Positions 15,725-19,821 of a DNA stretch of 19,821 bases are shown here, one piece after another. This stretch comes from Candidatus Bipolaricaulia bacterium (GTDB taxonomy: Bacteria; Bipolaricaulota; Bipolaricaulia; JBHIAT01), in assembly GCA_046758705.1 (NCBI GenBank), contig JBHIAT010000057.1:1-19821 (forward strand). The letters run 5' to 3'. The position numbers and the translations under genes are program-made. Below the pieces are notes generated by a model. It was given only the letters and a program-made list of their open reading frames with translations, was not told the origin of the DNA and made no database searches. The number at the start of each line of letters is the position of its first letter. Position 1 is the first letter of the stretch.

Positions 15725-18010
15725 TCACTCTTTTACCAGAGCGGCATAGTGCGGGACATCCAATTGCTCAAAGATCGTCAGCGCTTCGCGGAGCCGTTCG
15801 CGAGCCCGCTCGCGGTCCTCCGGCTCCCCGCGTGAAACGTGCGCCTCGGCCAACGACAGTGACGGCTCTTCCAAAGCGCTAGGTTGGGAGCCGAGCTTGT
15901 TTTGAGCCTCGGTCAGCAGGCGAGCCCGACCCGAATCAGAGTCAACCAGATCCAACGCTGCGCGATAGTGGCCTTCGGCCTCTTGATTGGTGTACACCAC
16001 CAGTGCTCGGTCGCCGGCTTTTTCCAGGTAGCCGAACGCCCGTTTCTTCTCCCCGGCGGCCAGGTAGTGATAGCCGAGGAGACCATATTGCTCTTCAATC
16101 TGTTCGCCATACAACTGCTCAATTGCCTCACCCGCCTGACGGTGCAGGGCACGGCGCTGCTCGTCGAGCAACGTGTCGTAGGTCACCTGTTGCACCACTG
16201 CGTGCTTGAAGATATATTCCAGCTCCGGCAGGCGCGCGCGCTCCCGAAGCAGATCGACGCGCTGCAGCGTCAGCAACCGATAGGACAGGCTACCGTTCTC
16301 TGGTGCCACCGCTTCCAGCACCCGGTAGGCGAAGCGTCGACCGAGCACCGAGGCAGCTTGAAGGGTGGCTCGCTCCAGCCGCGGCAGTCGGTCCAGCCGA
16401 GCCTGGATCACTTCGTGCAGCGTGTCCGGCACCCCGAGCTCGGCGACATCCTTGGCCGCCCGCCAGCGCTCGCCCTCCCGCACCACAGCGCCTGCCTCGA
16501 TCAACTCACGGATCAGTTCCTCGACGAAGAAGGGATTGCCTTCGGATTTCTCCAGAATCAACCGGCGCAGTTCGTCGGGCAACTCGGCCACCGTCAGTAA
16601 ATTCTCCACCAGTGCACGGCTGGCTGTCTCGTCCAGAGGGACGAGCGCTAGCTCGACATAGCGATGAGGGTAATCCGTCTCGGTTTTGACCTTGAGAGTC
16701 CAACATGGCTTGTCCCGCTCAGCTCGGAAGAGCAGGGCGATCAGCACCGGCGCGCGTTCGGTCGAGATCATCAACGACTCGATCAAATCCAGCGAACTGG
16801 GGTCGGCCCAGTGCAGATCGTCAAACGAGATGACCAACGGCTGGCGCTGCGCCAGCGCCTCCACCGTCCGGCGCACCGCACGGGTGACGGAGGCGTTCAA
16901 CGCCTCAGGGTCGAGCTGGTGCACAGCGGTTTTGTACTGAGGCGGTACCGGCGTGCCGAGCAGGACGGCCAGGAACGGCCAGACCTCTCCCATCGCCTCG
17001 CCAAACAGTGGTTCGAGAGTGCGTTCCAACTTGATATCCAGTACCGCCGGTGAGTCGTCCGGCGCCAGATCGAGCAGTTCACGCAGCAGATCCAGGATCA
17101 CGCCGTAGGACAGATCCCCACCATAGGAGTAGGCTCGACCTTCCGCCCAGTGTAGTGGCCGGTCAGCGTAAGTCTCTTTAATCTCCTGGAGCAGACGGCT
17201 CTTGCCAATTCCCGGCTCGCCGATGAGCGAGACGATCCCTCCGCGTCCGGCTTCCAGCCCTTCCACCAGCTGGGTCAGCTTCCCCCACTCGGCCTCACGA
17301 CCCACCAGTGGCGAGTACAGGCCGATAATCCCTCGCGCTGATTCAGGCTTGGCCCGCTCACCCACTAGTTCGAAGGCAGGCATCGGTTCGTCAAAGCCTT
17401 TGAGCTTCAGAGGTTCTACCGACTCCACCTCGAAACGATGGCGCACCAGGCGGGCGGTGGTTTCGCCCAGCAGGGTATGGCCAGGGGTGGCCGCATCCTG
17501 CAGGCGAGCAGCCAGGTTGATCGGCTGGCCCATGGCGGTGTACTCGGAGATGATTTCACCGCCCATTTCGCCCATCACAACGCGCCCGGTGTTGATCCCC
17601 ACTCGGACCTGTAACGGCTGGTCGAGTTCACGCGCATACTCGGCCACCGATTGATGGATGTGCCCGGCGGCGAGAGCGGCGCGTTCAGGGTCATCTTCGT
17701 GAACTTGGGGCGCGCCGAAGAACGCCAGCAGACCATCGCCCATCAGACGGGCGACGGTGCCGCCAGAGTCGTCCACCGCCTGGCTCATGCGGCGCAGACA
17801 GCGATCCATGATCAGGTGAACCGTCTCGGCGTCCAGCGTCTCACCTAAAGCGGTGGAGCCGACCACGTCAGCGAACAGGACGGTGACCAGTTTGTATTCG
17901 GCGTCGGAGGGTGCAGGGGAAGGTTGCGAGGCAGCAGCCAGCGGCGCACCACACTGGTTGCAGAAGCGAGCATCCTCGGGGTTCTCAAACCCGCAGTTGA
18001 CGCAGTTCAT
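15725..18010 (-). CDS. Zinc ribbon + class III adenylate/guanylate cyclase + STAND/AAA ATPase with shortened TPR-like tail (possibly degenerate)
   Basis: CxxC...CxxC, VLFADVVGST, RLMGDG, RVGINTG, NLAARLQ, Walker A GEPGIGKS, Walker B FDDLHWAD, GNPFFVEE, ARLDRL, FKHA. Confidence 0.9.
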   Translation of the reverse strand: MNCVNCGFENPEDARFCNQCGAPLAAASQPSPAPSDAEYKLVTVLFADVVGSTALGETLDAETVHLIMDRCLRRMSQAVDDSGGTVARLMGDGLLAFFGAPQVHEDDPERAALAAGHIHQSVAEYARELDQPLQVRVGINTGRVVMGEMGGEIISEYTAMGQPINLAARLQDAATPGHTLLGETTARLVRHRFEVESVEPLKLKGFDEPMPAFELVGERAKPESARGIIGLYSPLVGREAEWGKLTQLVEGLEAGRGGIVSLIGEPGIGKSRLLQEIKETYADRPLHWAEGRAYSYGGDLSYGVILDLLRELLDLAPDDSPAVLDIKLERTLEPLFGEAMGEVWPFLAVLLGTPVPPQYKTAVHQLDPEALNASVTRAVRRTVEALAQRQPLVISFDDLHWADPSSLDLIESLMISTERAPVLIALLFRAERDKPCWTLKVKTETDYPHRYVELALVPLDETASRALVENLLTVAELPDELRRLILEKSEGNPFFVEELIRELIEAGAVVREGERWRAAKDVAELGVPDTLHEVIQARLDRLPRLERATLQAASVLGRRFAYRVLEAVAPENGSLSYRLLTLQRVDLLRERARLPELEYIFKHAVVQQVTYDTLLDEQRRALHRQAGEAIEQLYGEQIEEQYGLLGYHYLAAGEKKRAFGYLEKAGDRALVVYTNQEAEGHYRAALDLVDSDSGRARLLTEAQNKLGSQPSALEEPSLSLAEAHVSRGEPEDRERARERLREALTIFEQLDVPHYAALVKE

Positions 18011-18067
18011 GATTTGCCCACGTACTGATTAAAACGTCGGCGCAGACCGGCCCCTCTGAGATCAAGA

Positions 18068-18466
18068 TCACTTACACCCTTCAACCAGTTTGAAGTTGGG
18101 CCAGACCTCTAAGACAGTATCCCGCAAGAAATCTCGTTCGCAAAAGTCTGGATCGACGAGCTCTCCGTTCCATACCACGATATCCAGATCGATGGTTCGG
18201 GGACCGTACCGGTTCTCCGTGCGCACACGGCCCAGTTCCCCCTCCAGCTGGCTTAACCAATTTTTTAGGGATTCCCGTTCCATTGTCGTCTCGATCAGGA
18301 TGGTTCCGTTGACAAAGTGAGGTTGGTCCAGATAACCGATCGGCTCGGTTTCGACCAGACGAGATTCGGCCACAATACGATGCTGCTCCGCAATCTTTTC
18401 CTTGGCTTGTTTAATATGCGCTTCCGGTTGGATGTTAGACCCCATACTGATCACGACTCGGTTCAT
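18068..18466 (-). CDS. folK: 6-hydroxymethyl-7,8-dihydropterin pyrophosphokinase
   Basis: ISMGSNI, ETEPIG, QPHFVN, GPRTIDLDI. ATGA overlap with the upstream gene. Confidence 0.93.
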   Translation of the reverse strand: MNRVVISMGSNIQPEAHIKQAKEKIAEQHRIVAESRLVETEPIGYLDQPHFVNGTILIETTMERESLKNWLSQLEGELGRVRTENRYGPRTIDLDIVVWNGELVDPDFCERDFLRDTVLEVWPNFKLVEGCK

Positions 18467-18822
18467 GCTTCCCTCCCCCGCTCAGCCGAGGACTGGACCG
18501 AGACCGAGTCTGAAAACCGTAGCGCGTGCGGCTTATCGACCTCTACAGTCGCTTTTTTCACCCGACGGTCCTCCATCACGATCTGAAGCACGTGGTTGGA
18601 TAGCGCTTCGAGCAGGTAAAAATCTGACCCTTCCACTTCCTTAATAATTCGTTTCGTGATCGCTTTGTAGTTGACGGTCTCATCGATACTGTCCGTCTCA
18701 GCCGCCTTGCTCCCATCGAACTCGATCTTCACATTGATCACGACATCCTGTTTGTTCTCTCGCTCCCAATCGTTAATGCCAATGATCGTTCTCAATCTGA
18801 GATCCTTGATGCGGATGATCAT
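18463..18822 (-). CDS. Dihydroneopterin aldolase / dihydroneopterin triphosphate epimerase family (FolB/FolX)
   Basis: MIIRIKDLRLRTIIGINDWERENKQ, VNYKAITK, LLE, VDKPHALRFSDSVSV. Start at ATG 18822 (ATGA overlap). Confidence 0.9.
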   Translation of the reverse strand: MIIRIKDLRLRTIIGINDWERENKQDVVINVKIEFDGSKAAETDSIDETVNYKAITKRIIKEVEGSDFYLLEALSNHVLQIVMEDRRVKKATVEVDKPHALRFSDSVSVQSSAERGREA

Positions 18823-19556
18823 ATGAGATGCTCTCCTCCGTCTACAAAGATCCATTCTCCGGTGATAAAACGGTGCCCTACCAGGAAGGAGACGGCAGAA
18901 GCCACACTCTCTGGGTCTCCTTTTCGCTGAAGCGGAATGCGTTGGCTCATTTGATCGAGATAGGCTTTATCCTTGCCCGGTGGTGGCAGGATCAACCCGG
19001 GGCAGACACCGTTGACCCGGATATGCGGACCCAGTTCTTTGGCCGCCATTTTGGTGAATTCAAAGAGCGCCTTCTTGGTGAGCGTATAGACAAAGTATTC
19101 CGTGAAATTTTTCGTGATTTTCGTGTCGAGGATGTTAACAATTTGTCCCTCCTGGCCCTGGAGGTGGCGTGCAAAATCGCGTGACAGGAAGAACGGGGTT
19201 TTGAGGTTAATATTGAAGTGTCTGTCAAAGAGCTGCTCGTCGGTCTCCACCAACGGAGCCCGCTGGAAGATCGAAGCATTGTTAACGAGGAGATTGCAGT
19301 CGGGGAAAACGTCAAAGACTGCGGGAATCAGTGCAGCAACGTCCTTCATATCGTTAAAGTCGCTACGAAACAGGTGATATTCTCTCCCTACCTCCTCTAT
19401 CTTTCGTGCGAGAGCTTGCGCATCATCGCTGGAACCGCGGTAATGCAGGGCGATGTTATATCCGTTTTCGGCCAGAGTCAACGCGATCGCTCGACCGACC
19501 CGCTTCGCGGCTCCGGTCACGAGGGCTGTCCCTTTACCTTGAGCATCCATGGTCAT
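18819..19556 (-). CDS. Pteridine reductase (FolM/PTR1-like SDR)
   Basis: TGAAKRVG (Arg of TGxxxRxG), HYRGS, NNASIF, NILD, YTLTK. Clustered with fol genes. Start at 19556 or 19550. Confidence 0.88.
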   Translation of the reverse strand: MTMDAQGKGTALVTGAAKRVGRAIALTLAENGYNIALHYRGSSDDAQALARKIEEVGREYHLFRSDFNDMKDVAALIPAVFDVFPDCNLLVNNASIFQRAPLVETDEQLFDRHFNINLKTPFFLSRDFARHLQGQEGQIVNILDTKITKNFTEYFVYTLTKKALFEFTKMAAKELGPHIRVNGVCPGLILPPPGKDKAYLDQMSQRIPLQRKGDPESVASAVSFLVGHRFITGEWIFVDGGEHLI

Positions 19557-19586
19557 CTTCAAAGATGCCAGAATAGGGAGTGAATG

Positions 19587-19821
19587 TCAAACACGATGGT
19601 GACTCACATCGATCGAAATCTGTGCGCGGTGGCCGGAGATCTTCACGGACGTTGAAGCCATCGGCGTCTCGATGGACGAATGAAAGCGGTCAGAAAGCGT
19701 CTCCTCGGCAATGTACTCTCTGTACGTCGACACCGCTTTGTTTAGATCTGAGGAGTCTGTCTGGATACAAAGTACGATGTGCTCCTCGACACGCAATCCA
19801 GCATCCTTGCGTAGAACCTGT
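19587..19821 (-). CDS. ileS: C-terminal end of a type-2 isoleucyl-tRNA synthetase (partial)
   Basis: Open from the window edge: QVLRKDAGLRVEEHIVL...AVSTYREYIAEETLS, which resembles the QxxRKxAGLxVxDRI...YIxxETL tail of type-2 IleRS. Confidence 0.72.
   Translation of the reverse strand, partial: QVLRKDAGLRVEEHIVLCIQTDSSDLNKAVSTYREYIAEETLSDRFHSSIETPMASTSVKISGHRAQISIDVSHHRV

Noticed and set aside
14563-15765. Integron cassette or transposon around ADH
   Set aside because: No attC-type RYYYAAC…GTTRRRY structure, and no integrase or transposase in the window.
127-19583. Plus-strand ORFs (e.g. 14567-15367, 15884-16600, 12471-13097) and short nested minus-strand ORFs
   Set aside because: They are antisense or alternate-frame shadows of well-supported genes in GC-rich DNA, with no recognisable motifs.
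1-19821. CRISPR arrays, tRNA/rRNA, riboswitches, IS elements
   Set aside because: No periodic repeats or recognisable RNA motifs seen. Intergenic gaps are short, and the largest apparent one is a pseudogene.

Overview
Bacterial genomic DNA with all credible genes on the minus strand. In transcription order: the C-terminal end of a type-2 isoleucyl-tRNA synthetase; a lower-GC pteridine reductase (FolM/PTR1-like)-FolB/FolX-FolK block; a zinc-ribbon/class III nucleotide cyclase/STAND ATPase gene with a shortened TPR tail; a Zn-dependent alcohol dehydrogenase flanked by a 14-bp direct repeat; a ~12.5 kb translationally coupled catabolic operon (14515->1965); and oligoendopeptidase F running off the left edge. 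The operon encodes an M29/NicX-fold protein, a nitrilase-family amidase, an atypical SDR, a decayed cupin-cyclase-cupin module, a KynB-like cyclase, two different Mo-hydroxylase large subunits, a class III CoA-transferase, CoxG, FAD and 2Fe-2S subunits and XdhC. It sits behind a near-consensus sigma70 promoter overlapped by a perfect 9-1-9 palindrome. I read it as an uncharacterised N-heterocycle hydroxylation/ring-opening pathway rather than CO dehydrogenase. Several genes appear to carry clean internal deletions. All family calls come from motif recognition by eye; no searches were run.
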